NCBI GenBank assembly: GCA_002269645.1
Contig: NIVC01002585.1
Coordinates: 17,279-81,278, forward strand
DNA: 64,000 nt
Reading direction: 5' to 3'
Source of the DNA: Macrostomum lignano
Taxonomy: Eukaryota
Shown: in pieces, positions 36,290 through 54,500 of the stretch
Position numbering within the stretch: the stretch's first letter is position 1
Layout: every line of letters begins with the position of its first letter
The notes under the pieces: model-generated
What the model saw: the letters and a program-made list of their open reading frames with translations, nothing else
The model's database searches: none
Told to the model about the DNA's origin: nothing
Position numbers and translations under genes: made by a program

Positions 36290-38590
36290 GCATATGGTCC
36301 GTATACACAGCGGGAAAAGCGAGGGTGGCCCATTCCGCTAGCCCCTGAAGGCCCACAGACAGGCAGAGGCGTGGGGCCGGTCAGGGTGGTCCGCCGGTCC
36401 GTCCTGCTGCAGTGTGATCTTCCGTGGGGAAGAAAGTGGCTCGTCTTAATTGTCGCCCGAAGGAACTTTTGATGAGCCGTGGGATGCTGTCAGGCTGGCA
36501 GACCTCGTCAATGGACGGGTTCGGCCCCAGGTAGCGTAGCCGGCCTCTGGTAAAGAAAGGGCATGTGACAAAACAAAGTGCTGTCGAGCATCTTCATTGT
36601 CGTCGTACTCTCGCAAAAAGCGCAAAGTTTACTCTCGAGGTCGCCTAGCTCGGAGAAAGCACAGTATTGCTACTGGCCAGGAGGTTGAGCTGCCGGACGC
36701 AGTCGGCGACTGTCCGGGAGTTCGTTGTGGTGTGGCAAAGGGCCTGTAAGGCCGCTTTGGCTATCAGAGTGGATGTCAATAAAATATATAGTCTCTCCTC
36801 TCGTACCCTTAACTGGCGTTAGCTCTGCAGCGCAGGAGCTGATGGAAAGGACTTCGTTCTGGAAGACCGTAGAGAGTCTGCCAGTGTGCTGGGCATGCGT
36901 GGCAATGACGCGGCCGTTGATGATGCAAACCCCAAAGTCGGCGAGGCCATCTTTGATGGATCCGTCGTCCGTGTAGCAGTGGACCTCCTGGAAATTCCAG
37001 TGTTCATTGCATGGCAGCATCCCTAGAGGGGATGGTGACCTTATGTATCTTTTCGAAAGAAACTTGCTTGTAGCGCTGAAAGAGGTTGAGAGTGCGGGGT
37101 TCACCGTCAGATAAGACGTGGAGCCCGCCCGCCGCCGTCTCTCAAGTCTTTGAGGCAGAGGTAGGCGTGAGACAGGAGCTTGCGCTTAGCCATGGCCCTG
37201 TGGGACAGGATACGAATGCCCAGCGTCAATTAGGCGGCGGGCAGTCCTAGCCGCTTCCCTGCGGACAAAGACGTCCAGCGGGGGAATGTTGAGGAAGGCG
37301 TTGAGGCCATCGTAAAGGAGCAGACGGGGGTGCGCTCATGATCATGCGGCATGCCCGCCCTTGCGTTCTCCTGAGAGCCTCCAGGCAGGTCTTTAACTGC
37401 AAGGCGCTAACCACAGATCAGGCCGCCATACGAGATAGCAGGCCTAACCATTATGCAGTGTAGATGAACCAGAGGCGCTTGGGGTTGAGCCCCCACCCAG
37501 GTGGTTTTACAGCCCTGCGCAATTGCGCGAGGACGGAAAGGGCCCTCTTGGCTTTCGCATGAAAGTGGGGTGACCAGTCCAGCCTGTGGTCCTGGGTATT
37601 ACCTAGACATTTAGTCTGCTTGCAGAAGGGGATTTCCCTTCCGTAAAGCGTGAGCGGCCGAATCTGCCACTTCATGGTCCTGTGAGAGGTTTGTTCTTCA
37701 GCTCAACAGAGAGAAGGCGCCAAAGCACCAGTCTCTCCATCAGCTTGACTGCAGGGAGGAGGTCAGGCTGATCGGTCTGAAGGATTTGATAGAATGGTAG
37801 TCCGGACGCCCTGGCTTAGGGATAAAAATCACCTTTGCCTCGGTCCATGCCTGTGGGACATAACCAAAGCGTGACGCACGCCCGAAAAAGGCTGCAAAGT
37901 TTACGCAGGAAGCCTGCATGGGAATTTAACCGCCTCCCGGTACAATACCGTCGGGTCCTGGGGCTTTGAAAGGCTTGAAGTAATTTGCCGCTCTCACGAT
38001 GCGGTCCTCCGTGATGATAGAGGCAGCCAGCGCGTGACCTCCCTCCGAGTGATCCGGAGTGGTCGGGTTAGCTGGCTCGTTGGGGAAAAACGCAGTGAGC
38101 ATTACATCAAGCGTTTCCCCTGGGTTGTCCGTGGACGTACCGTCGGTGCGTTTGACCCAGGAGAGCTTAGACATTTTGTCCAGCGTGAGCGCTTTCACAA
38201 CTCTGGAGGTGGGGCGTGAGCCCTCTAGCTCCTCACAGTATTATCGCCATCGCGACGGAGGTTGCCGAGCTCTGGATTCCACCACGGCGCGGATTTTTTT
38301 CCCTTTATAGGCTTTTAAAGGGCAGGATGCCTCAAAGGCGGTGGTTAGCGTCTCTGTCAACTCAGTCGCGCACTCATCTGCCTCTCGACACGACGTGATC
38401 GTGGATGGTTGGCCAGGAGACCGATGGAACTCCTTCAGGGCGAGCCTGAAGGTTTCCCAATCAGTGTTTCTGGCGTTCCGTCTCCACGTAACACGAGTTG
38501 CGCTACGCGCGGCCATCAGGTTGAAGGAGATGAACTTGTGATCCGAGAGTGAGGACGCAGGAAGTACCCGCCACGCCCCAATGCTTTGGT
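36290..38590 (-). mobile_element. 5'-truncated, degenerate non-LTR retrotransposon (R1/LOA-like) with APE end, partial RT and RNase H
   Basis: Minus strand: WRV...SDHKFISF (APE C-terminus), KAPGPDG, WTEAKVIFIPKPGRPDY...FRPISLTS, KCLG...RLDW, WGLNPKRLWFIY, then the RNase H motifs YTD...TVFQNEVLSI...IHSDSQS. Frameshifted, with the central RT (YADD region) deleted near 37680. Confidence 0.85.
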
Positions 38591-39199
38591 ACAGCCTACT
38601 CTTTTACGCGCAATCAGATACAAAAAACAAAAGTTGTTAAAGCTAATTAGAAATATGCGCATTAATCGGGTGCTAAGTTTAACTAAGACGCTCGGAAAAT
38701 AATTAGGAATGATTTGAAAGCTTCTTTGTATTTAATTTTCTTTATAGTAGTTTTTATGATTGCAGAAAAGAATTGTTGGCGAAATTTCTATATTAGCTCG
38801 TAGAATGAGACAAGAATTGTAAGCTACGGTGTTGCAATATGAATGGGATATAGCGTCGTGAAAATCATGCATTCTACTAATTAATGAGCGGAAAAAAAAG
38901 TTTTGAACATCTACCAAAGCTTAATTTAATTGCGTTAGATTTATAATAACTAATTAACTAATTTATTCTACGACTACTTAATGGTGCAAATTTTGAGAAA
39001 AAAAACGAAAAACTTCAATTTCTAAGAAATGACAAGACCAATAAACAAATATTAAACTTATTGCAGTACGTAGTGGACTGGCAGTGTTGTTTGTTTGAAA
39101 AAATTACAACAGAATAATAACAAAGTTTAAAACACAAAAACTACAAATTTTGAAGCTTCATGGTTTTCAAAAAAATCAACCAATCAATCACGTTGCTGA

Positions 39200-43609
<4,410 letters not shown>

Positions 43610-45569
43610 GTTTTTTTTCGAAAAAAAGACTTTTTACAATCTTGATATATGCAAACAATTGGCATAAATGTTTTGTCAGATTAGAGTAAATGAATTTTTA
43701 ATTAGAACTAAACATTTACTTAAAAATCAAGTATAAGTAATATTCTAGTTATAAAAGAATTAAGATTTTGAATAATCTAGGTCAATAAAAATAAAGCATT
43801 TAAGTTCAAGTGTTAGCTAGCTCTAGCCTATAGGTTGCATTCATCCCACAAAGCCTTTCTATATGGCCCTTAAGTCCTTTAAAACTTTATAATAGAAATC
43901 TGGCCTTGTCAAGGTTTATGTATTATCTCTCTTATCTTCTTTTTTCCTTTCTCTTATCTTTGCTTTTCTTTCTCTTGTCCTTTTTTCTCCTATCTCTTTT
44001 TATTTTTCCTCTCCTCTCTGACTCTCACTCTTCCTCTCTTCTCTCTCTTTTTTCTTTGTCCATTAAACAAATCTGATAGAAAATTAACTACTTTCTAATA
44101 AAATAGTTTTTAAACAATACATTCTTAATTGTATTATATTTATTTAAAAATTGCATTAGTAGGCCTATCAACTGGGATGCAATTTGTATCTCAATTTTAA
44201 AAAACTGCACATGAAGTATTTTGTTTAGTTGCAAATTTGCATTATAATGTTTAATAAAAAGCTGTATTAATTTACTTTGGAAGTTTCAGAAATTACGAGC
44301 GACGACGCCTACGAGTACGAGCTAATTTATAAAGAAAAATATTTTTTATAAATTATAACCTAGTATTAGTTATACTTATAGTTTATAAACAAATTAAACT
44401 ATAACCTATTATTTAGGGCCATCTAACTCTGCTATACTTGCATCATTTTGGCTTACTAGACTACAAAAATTTACCAATAGCTCCTGTAGGCTACCATCTC
44501 TCTGCATTTATATTATTGCCTGAAGATGCCGATTGTTCGGCGAAACATGTCGCGCGAAGATTAATGGTATAATTAAAGAAAAATGCGAATGTTCGTTTTT
44601 GCTTTCGTTTTCCTGGCTTTGCTCAAACGATGTACCTTACCTCGAACCTAGTATTTATTAGCATTGTCTTACAGAATACGAAAGACAAAAAATACTACAA
44701 ATTTCGTTAAAATGCCTACAGGAGGCTTACAAACTATGTACTGCAGAAAGCATTTTCTTAGAATCTGCACAAGTTGAAAGCGGAAAATAGTTTTATTTTC
44801 ATGTTTACATTTTATTAATTTAAAAAAATAATTATCTGCTATTTATCTAGCCTTTAATTAAAATTTTGTAATTTAACGCCAGATACTTGAGTTTTTAGTT
44901 TTCTTTTTGTTTTACAACCGTGGCTCCTTAGCAAAACAGATTCGCGCAGATTTAACATTAGCAAGTTATAGTTACATTTTTTCAAAGACTTGAAACTCGA
45001 GCTCATGTTGTTTGTCATTTGCAAAATGGGATCTATTTAACCGGGCCAGATATCATCTACTTTCACAAAAGTTTGTCTGATTGTACTCGGTTTTCAGGTC
45101 GCCTATTTAGATTATAGACTTGTAATTGTAGGCATTACTTTTTAGATTATATTTTATCTTGCTTTTGTCAAACGACTTTTTATAAGTATAAAGTTTTTTT
45201 CAATTATTTATTTTTAATATAAACTTCCTGGAAAGTGTTTTAGGCATGACATCAAAAAAATTGTAGACGAATAAAGTTAGTTCTTTACTCCTACATATTC
45301 AGAGAACTATCAGATTAAATTTTTGGTTTTTATAAGATTGTCATGAAGTCTTAATTTGAATATGTAATATGGAAATTTCAGATAGTAAATGCCATAATTG
45401 TTGCAATTTACTCAATCTAGCAAAAGACCACGTAATTTCAAAATGAAGAAAAAAATAAGTAAAGAAAGCTGTTTAGAATAGTTTCATATAACATATAGTA
45501 TTGTATCCATGTGACTTCGCTTGTTATCATAATGCATATCAAACTTATAAGAAATTCCAATATTAATGC

Positions 45570-48500
45570 ATGATGGATGAGTGTGTGAAATGGTTCGAAA
45601 GAAAATTGGAGTTCGCGGTGCAAGCAACTATCCCAGAAACAAAAAATCTCATTGAACAAGATGAATACAAGTAAGAATGTTTGCGCATTTTTGCCATCTA
45701 ATTAAGTCACTGCTGATAATGCTGATGCTTATATAGTATTGAAACTTTTATATCCAATATTATTTTAGACTCGCATTTTACGAGTTCATCGACAATGAGG
45801 ACGTCAAGAAGCTGTACGCCTACAGACGCAACGGAGCTTTGCAGGTGTCCCTGTATCCACCGTACGATTTCCAAGGGAAATCTGTCTTCTTCCTCAAGAA
45901 GAGTCCTATTAAAATAACGCCAGAAAATATCAGTACGTGAAATATGCAACCTTTGATGCATCTATTTTGGGATTATTTCAACACAAAGTTTTCTTATGTG
46001 AACTACAGAGGGAAATCAAAGAGGGGTTCTATACGTGAGAATCGACCAAAGTCTTTTAGTGGGAGTCCTTGTCTTTTAGTGGGAGTCCCTGTCTCTTGGT
46101 GGGCGTCCCTGTCTCTGGGTGGGCGTCCCTGTCTCTTGGTGGGCGCCCCTGTCTCTTGGTGGGCGTCCCTGTCTCTTGGTGGGCGTCCCTGTCTCTTGGT
46201 GGGCGTCCCTGTCTCTTGGTGGGCGTCCCTGTCTCTTGGTGGGCGCCCCTGTCTCTTGGTGGGCGTCCCTGTCTCTTGGTGGGCGTCCCTGTCTCTTGGT
46301 GGGCGTCCCTGTCTCTTGGTGGACGCCCCTGTCTCTTGGTGGGCGCCCCTGTCTCTTGGTGGGCGTCCCTGTCTCTTGGTGGGCGTCCCTGTCTCTTGGT
46401 GGGCGTCCCTGTCTCTACGTGGGCGTCCCTGTCTCTACGTGGGCGCCCCTGTCTTTTATTTTGTGGGGGCGCTTTGGTTGGAGGGGTGTTCGCGGCCCCC
46501 CTCTATCGCTGTTCAGCATGATTTGTCGTCAAGGCACGTCACTGACGCAATCAATCACTCAAACATTCAAAAATCACACAGACTCAGAGGTCAGCTGCAC
46601 CGAGGGCTCATCCTCGCTGCTCAACCACACCCACCTGCTACTGCGGGAAATCTTCCTGCCGAGCCTGTGCGCTGCCAGACCTGCCGCCGCGGTGCCTTCG
46701 TCCACGGCGTCCTACCAGCCTAGCGAGGCCGGCGATGCCGCCGCAGCCGCCGCCGCCGCAGCCGCCGCAGGGGGCGTCAACGTGGACAAACTCTCCGACT
46801 TCTTGCACAGGCTGATGGCAACAGTGGAGTCGGCTCATTACCAGTCGCAGGGCGACACTGTGCTGTCGTTGCCGAACCTGGAAGTGCTGACGCAGGCCAG
46901 CGAAACCAGAGGCTTGGCCGTGGTGCACATCTTAGAGACTACCGTGGTCAACTGGATGAAGCAGATTCGGGTGAGTATTGGCGCTGATCTTCTGTTGGCC
47001 ACTACAGGTGCAAGTTAAAATTTCCTGTAGTGCTGCAGGACATAAACGCACAGTCCAACAAAATTGGCTCTAAGTTAAATTAAATGTCGCGAAGTCAAAC
47101 GAAAATGATGCTAAATTAAATTAGACAGATGATTATCTATCAATATGTTCAATCTGATAGAGTAGATGTATGGTTGAACCATTAGAGCAGGTACGTCCTT
47201 GGAATTGTGCTTGTTGGAACACTTTAAAAAAAGATTTACCTGTTGACACAGGTGTTGATTTTTTATATATTGTAGTTACCTCATCATCCAAGAGCATTTC
47301 CACTATTTGTGAGAAGCTATCGAAGTAAGCAATCGAAGACATATCTTTCTATTGAAACGAACACTTGCGACCTACAGGGTAGACCCTATGTGAGCGTGTT
47401 TATGAGCGCGGGTCTGAGTGTACAGTATTGGCGGGCTTGTATGTGCTGCAATTATTAAAACTATATAAATAACTACTCACACAGAGCGCTATCCGAGCCG
47501 ATCCCATCGAGCAGCTGCAGCACAAGTACGGCGCAGACGCGGGCCCGCTAGCCGAGATAGAAATCTGGCGCGATCGCGAGAAGACTTTCAAGAGTTTGCA
47601 GACCCAGCTCGAACAGCAGGAAACCGTGGACATCATGTCCTACCTGCATGCCAGCTCCAGCAATTACGCTGCTTCGTTCAACGAAGTCGTGTTTGAAATC
47701 GACTCGGGCAGACAGTTTGCTCAAGAGATACTCAAATACCTGGGCCCGCTGGAGGCTTGGGTGAACGAGCTTAGGGAGGCTCGAACGCTGACTGAGAAAG
47801 CCGATCGATTGAAACCAATACTGCGTATTGTGCTGCTGCTGTGGAGCAATCACAGCTGGTACCATCAGGTGAGAGACCTGCCTATATATGGGTCTTCTTG
47901 TACACGCATCTATGCGTAGGTGAGCAATGCAATCGAGAAGTCAAACGAGAAGCTTTGGGAATCTCAAAAATGTCGATAGGAAATCTTCAGGCGAATCCAA
48001 GGAGAATCTCTAAGGGAATTCAAGGGGAATCTCTGATAGACTCCAAGGAGAATCTGTAAGGGAATTCAAGTGAAATCACTAAGTGAATCCAAGGGGAATC
48101 TCTAAGGGAATCTCCAGTGGGAATCTTTAAGGGAAACTCAAGGGTTATCTCTAAGGAAATCTCAAGTGAATCTCTAAGGGAATCTACAAGGGAATCCAAG
48201 GGGAATCTCTAAGGGAATCCAAGGAGACTCTCTAAGGGAATCTAAGGGAATCTCTAAAGGAATCCAAGAAGAATCTCTAGGGGAATCCAAGGGGAAGCTC
48301 CAAGGGAATCCAAGGGGAATCTCCAAGGAAATCCAAGGGGATCTCCAAACGATCCAAGGGGAATCTCTAAGGGAATCCAAGGGGAATCTCCAAAGGAATC
48401 TAAGGGAATCTCCAAGGGAATCCAAGGGGAATCTATCTCCAAGGGAATCCAAGGGAATCTCCAAACGATCCAAGGGGAATCTCTAAGGGAATCCAAGGGG

Positions 48501-51500
48501 AATCTCCAAAGGAATCTAAGGGAATCTCCAAGGGAATCCAAGGGGAATCTCCAAAGGAATCTAAATGAATCTCTAAGGGAATCCAAGGGGAATCTCTAAG
48601 GGAATCCAAAGGTAATCTCTAAGGGAATCCAAGAGGTATCTCTAAGGAAATCCATTGGGAATCTTTAAGGGAATTCAAGGGGAATCTCTGGGGGAATCCA
48701 AGGGGAATCACTAAGGGAATCCAAAGGGAATTCGTAAGCAGAATAATCCAGCACCAAGCCTTCCTTCCTCCTTCTCCAGAGCCGGCACCTGTGTAACTTG
48801 CTCCAACTGCTGGCTAACGAAGTTGTCCATCTAGCCATCGACTACGTTGGCAAGGACGTACTGAAAGATCCGCTGCAGTCGTTTCACAAGCTGAAAGACG
48901 TTCAGAAGTTCTGTGCCGCATTCAAAGGCGCCTACGTGGACTGCCGCGAGGAGGCCGACGCCATCAATAAGAAAAATGTGGCCGACAATTTGGAGAAAAT
49001 GTGAGCCTTTTGATTCTGAGCAGTTCTTATGTGATGGAAATCGATATTTTGCATTCGTTGCTTTTTCACGCTCCGGTTTGAGTTCCCCACAAAAAGGCAT
49101 AGACTATAAGGCTTAGACTAATCTTATGCTTGATGCTCATAGACTAATCTCATGCTTGATGCTCATAGACTAATCTCATGCTTGATGCTCATAGACTAAT
49201 CTCATGTTTGGCGCTCATAGACTAATCTCATGCTTGACGCTCATAGACTAATCTCATGCTTGACGCTACGCTCATAGACTAATTTCATGTTTGGCGCTCA
49301 TAGACTAATTTCATGTTTGGCGCTCATAGACTAATCTCATGCTTGACGCTCATAGACTAATTTCATGTTTGGCGCTCATAGACTAATCTCATGCTTGATG
49401 CTCATAGACTAATCTCATGCTTGATGCTCATAGACTAATCTCATGCTTGATGCTCATAGACTAATCTCATGCTTGATGCTCATAGACTAATCTCATGCTT
49501 GATGCTCATAGACTAATCTCATGCTTGACGCTACGCTCATAGACTAATCTCATGCTTGATGCTCATAGACTAATCTCATGTTTGGCGCTCATAGACTAAT
49601 CTCATGTTTGGCGCTCATAGACTAATCTCATGCTTGACGCTCATAGACTAATCTCATGCTTGACGCTCATAGACTAATCTCATGCTTGACGCTCATAGAC
49701 TAATCTCATGCTTGACGCTCATAGACTAATCTCATGCTTGATGCTCATAGACTAATCTCATGCTTGACGCTCATAGACTAATCTCATGCTTGATGCTCAT
49801 AGACTAATCTCATGCTTGACGCTCATAGACTAATCTCATGCTTGACGCTCATAGACTAATCTCATGCTTGATGCTCATAGACTAATCTCATGCTTGACGC
49901 TCATAGACTAATCTCATGCTTGACGCTACGCTCATAGACTAAGCTCATGCTTGACGCTCATAGACTAATCTCATGCTTGACGATCATAGACTAATCTCAT
50001 GCTTGATGATCATAGACTAATCTCATACTTGACTTATTCGAACCCCGGGGTTGACTCTGTAGCGAGCGTCAGCCACTTAGCAGTCTGCCGCGCAACAACA
50101 GTTCTTGATATTTCTATTTTTATCTACAGGAAAAATGATCCAACCTACAAGTCTTCATACCATGCATTCGCGTAAGGAGAAACCGAAGTTCAGTCAAAAG
50201 ATGCTGAGAATTTTTGTTTGTTTATTAGAAAGTTCATTTTGTTTCTATTTTGCCTGTTCAATTTTTGTTTAAAACTTTCTCAAACTTATAGACAGTTGAC
50301 ACCCCTCTATTTAAGCTACTAATTTAACAGATTTGCCTTTGCATGTACTACTCATAATACCTACATGAGGTTGCATCAAATTACATGAAATTAAGAACTT
50401 AGAAAACACGTGCATGAATTTTTGTGTGAACTAATTAAATTCTGTACTCTCTGTGCAAATCAAATTTGATTCAGTTTTCTTTTAAGTGCCTGCAATTTGA
50501 TGCATCCTTAACCTACATCCCATTCATAACCTGTTCCAATTTAGCTGGCAAAGGTTTTCCCAGCCTTGACTTCTAATCTGTCGATTTATTGATTTAACAA
50601 TCTTATCCAATGCCCAATGCTCAACTTTAACCTGCAGCAATCACATGCCAAAGCCGGAGATTTGGTCAGTTCGAATGTACGGACCGCACAAGTACAATTT
50701 CAAGCACGGACTGAAACGGTCGGAGTACTTGAACGACCCGGAGTATCAGGTTGACCCGGTGCTGCTGGACAGTCCCTGGCCAGCTAGGAATGCCCCGTGC
50801 TTCGCCCTGTTCAACGCCTTCATGGAGCGCTGCACGGACTGTCTGGAGCTGGTGCAGACAACGCAGCACTTTCGCCTTCTGGCCGATGCTGCAGAGATCG
50901 GCGGCGCCGGCAGTCAGTCATTGGACGCGATCGTTCGAGAGATACACGAGAAATACAGCTCAGCCATGAGCGACTTCTTTGAGCAGGTCACTAACGTGCT
51001 CGACTTGAACCGGCCGAAAGAGTTTGAGAGAGCGTTTTTCGATTTTCGGACGGTGGTTCGGGTGAGTGCTGGCACTAATCTGTGCTCGCATGTTTGTTAC
51101 AGAAAATGCCGATGCCAGTTATAGTTGGGACAGGTGCTTAGTCAGAAGGGGTCATCCAGTACAGTTTTGCAGTAGCTTTGGCGCTTCTGGTGCTGGCGCC
51201 TCTGGTGCTGGCGCCTCTGGTGCTGGCGCCTCTGGTGCTGGCGCCTCTGGTGCTGGCGCCTCTGCTGCTGGCGCCTCTGCTGCTGGCGCCTCTGATACTG
51301 GCGTTTCTGGTGCTGGCGCCTCTGGTGCTGGCGCCTCTGGTGCTGGCGCCTCTGGTGCTGGCGCCTCTGGTGCTGGCGCCTCTGGTGCTGGCGCCTCTGG
51401 TGCTGGCGCCTCTGGTGCTGGCGCCTCTGGTGCTGGCGCCTCTGGTGCTGGCGCCTCTGGTGCTGGCGCCTCTGGTGCTGGCGCCTCTGGTGCTGGCGCC

Positions 51501-54500
51501 TCTGGTGCTGGCGCCTCTGGTGCTGGCGCCTCTGGTGCTGGCGCCTCTGGTGCTGGCGCCTCTGGTGCTGGCGCCTCTGGTGCTGGCGCCTCTGGTGCTG
51601 GCGCCTCTGGTGCTGGCGCCTCTGGTGCTGGCGCCTCTGGTGCTGGCGCCTCTGGTGCTGGCGCCTCTGGTGCTGGCGCCTCTGGTGCTGGCGCCTCTGG
51701 TGCTGGCGCCTCTGGTGCTGGCGCCTCTGGTGCTGGCGCCTCTGGTGCTGGCGCCTCTGGTGCTGGCGCCTCTGGTGCTGGCGCCTCTGGTGCTGGCGCC
51801 TCTGGTGCTGGCGCCTCTGGTGCTGGCGCCTCTGGTGCCAACACGAACAAAGAGGAGACGCTGTAAAGCGCAGCCCATTGAATAAACGTTTCCATGGCTA
51901 CGCCCTTGCATTGGAAGTAATTCTAAAAGTAACTACAGTGTGTGAGTGTGCACGCATTTCAAAAACAGAGTTTTAAAGATATAAAATGCACACACGAGCA
52001 GCCCCCATGAGACTCTGGCAGAAGCCTGTGCATACTCTTCATTCCTAAAGATTCTTAACTATCGCAGAAATCTAATCTAATAAATCTTTTACTATAAACA
52101 TAACAAAGACAACTTAGGTCTGCAATTATCTGTATAACCTGTTGGTAAGTCTTCAACTTTGCAAAAAGTAAGTTATTTAGATGCAATATTTTATACGCAA
52201 GGACTTGGAAATATTGCAAAATTGTAATTGCACTTATATGATATCTGTCAAATTGTACTTTTGTCACTGTCGCTGTATTTATTGTCACGGCATACTGCTA
52301 GGAATGATAGCTCTTGAATAAATGTTATGGTCGCTTGAAGAAATAATTTACCTATGAAATCGGTTGCCAATTCACATCACACAATTGATACTTAAATCAC
52401 AAAATCGCACACAAAACGCACAACAGGGCTACTGACTGATCAGTAGTATGCCAGTAAACTGAATCCAATGGCAATTTTTTTAAAATCTACGAGAAAAACT
52501 ATATAAAAACTGCATTTTCAGGACGGTGGAAAATATACCGAAGGAGTAGGTTTGACTTTTAAAATGAATTTGTTGTACTAAAATCCGCCAGAAAATTCCT
52601 GTTTTGCGTCAGTGTTTACTAGCTACTAAATAAATCATCACTACGATGTCAGGAATTAGACTTTAGCTTTTCAATTTTTATTGCCATTTCCTATTAGCGG
52701 GGTTGAAATATACTCTGTGTCTTACGTGGTTCTAGCCACGTCAGGCTCGCCACTTGAAGGTCGGGGGTTCGATTCCCGTTGCCGTACTGTAAGTTTGCAG
52801 TACTAACAACCCCCGTTTGAATTACAGGCATCCATAGATGTCAAAATTAAAAAAAGAATTTTCATGTACCAAATTAAGTACGATTTCATGTAAAAAAACG
52901 TTCCACCGAAGTCAAATTTGAATGCACGCGAATTTTCAAGATATTACTAACAAAACAGTTACTAAACGCATTTTTTTATTTACTGACTCAAAAGTACTAA
53001 TATTTTACAGTACAAATTTATATATATTTTCAGGATCCAAATAATTTATCTCAAAGCTTTAAATTTATGTCAAATATCATTCAAATCTTACAGGAACTCG
53101 AACGTTGTCTGGCCAAAATTCTTAGCCAAAGTCTGCAACAGTGCCCAACAGTGCTGGCTCAGCTACGACTACTGGAGGTCTTCGAGGGCATCAGCGGACG
53201 AGAAATTGTACAGGTAGGTGAGCAGACCCCAGCGGTTGTGAGAGCAATTCTTAATGTGTGGCTAAAACGATATTAACGACTTAAGATACATGTCAAGATC
53301 TGAGTTCTGAGATCCTGAGCTCGTTTTCAACTGGTCTCCATCTGTGAACTCACTTTTGTGCGATACACTTTCAACTTTTCAACTTATTAAACATTTTGTT
53401 AAAGTCCACATTTCCTACTTTTACCTTTTACCAGGAGGTTCTCAAAGACAAGGACGAGCTAATAGTGAAGAGTTTTATTGACGATCTGATGGTGGTGCAG
53501 GAGATCTTCCGCAGTCAGCGCGCTAACCCACCGCCGATCCGACACATGCCGCGGTTCGTCTCGACGCTGTACTGGTTGCGCGGCCTACGACAGCGTCTGG
53601 AGCAGCCGTGGCTCAAAATTCACAAGGTGTCGCCGCACATGCTTACTGGCGAGCTGGGCTACCAGCTTAAGACTCTTTACGCCGAGGTGTTCGAACAGGT
53701 GACTAGCGAGGAGGCTGCACTGGTTAGCGAGTGGCAAAACGGCGTCACCGACTCTCTGTTCGACTACATGAAGAACTCTCTGCTAGTGTGCAAGGAGACT
53801 GGTGACCTAGATCAGTACGAGGTCAACTTGGATCCGAGGCTGGTGCGACTGTTGCGCGAGATGCGTCACGTGACCGGGGAGCCGTTCAACCTCGGCCTGA
53901 CCGCGGCTGGTCGTCGACTGGCTCGCCTGACGGACTTGGACAAGCTGCGCACCCTGGCCGCCCGATTGGACACCATCGTTGCCACGTACAACGGCATCAT
54001 GCAGAGCCTCACCGAGTCCGAGTTCTTCCTGCTCCAGAGTCACGTGCTCGACGCTCAGCAACTATTCCGACAGGGGTGCAGCGCGTACACCTGGAAGTTA
54101 GAGGAGTCGGCTGACTTTGTCGAGCGTTCGCACGTTCTGGTGCTGGAACTGTTGGCTAAGACGCTGAGAACTTTGAAGAGCAACTGCGACGAGATTCGAT
54201 CAATTGCCGACGCGTGGACGTCCGGAGTGTTGGATATTTTTCAGGTAAGGCTCAGACTTCGATGGGTAGCTAGAAAATTAAATCGCCATTTATAAAATAT
54301 AATGAAAGCCTGAAAATAAAGTAATGAGCATGAAGGCCAAAACTCTTAGGTAAAGTGTTTGTTTGCATGCGAGTTCAGCACACAACTACGGAACTCCAAT
54401 ACATTGACCATATTGTAGGGTCGCGAGCCGGGCGTCAGCTACGAACCAGAGCAGCTCAAACTCATGCACCGACAGCTCACTGACAGTCTGGAGGCTCGAA

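Noticed and set aside
46517-46587. Dynein exon starting at the TTCAG acceptor at 46516
   Set aside because: It gives the wrong phase for the upstream donor at 45932. The acceptor at 46587 preserves frame and homology.
51066-51911. GAS/EAP/LAP/RGAST repeat proteins
   Set aside because: A 15-bp unit without stops is open in most frames, and the array lies in a dynein intron between phase-matched exons.
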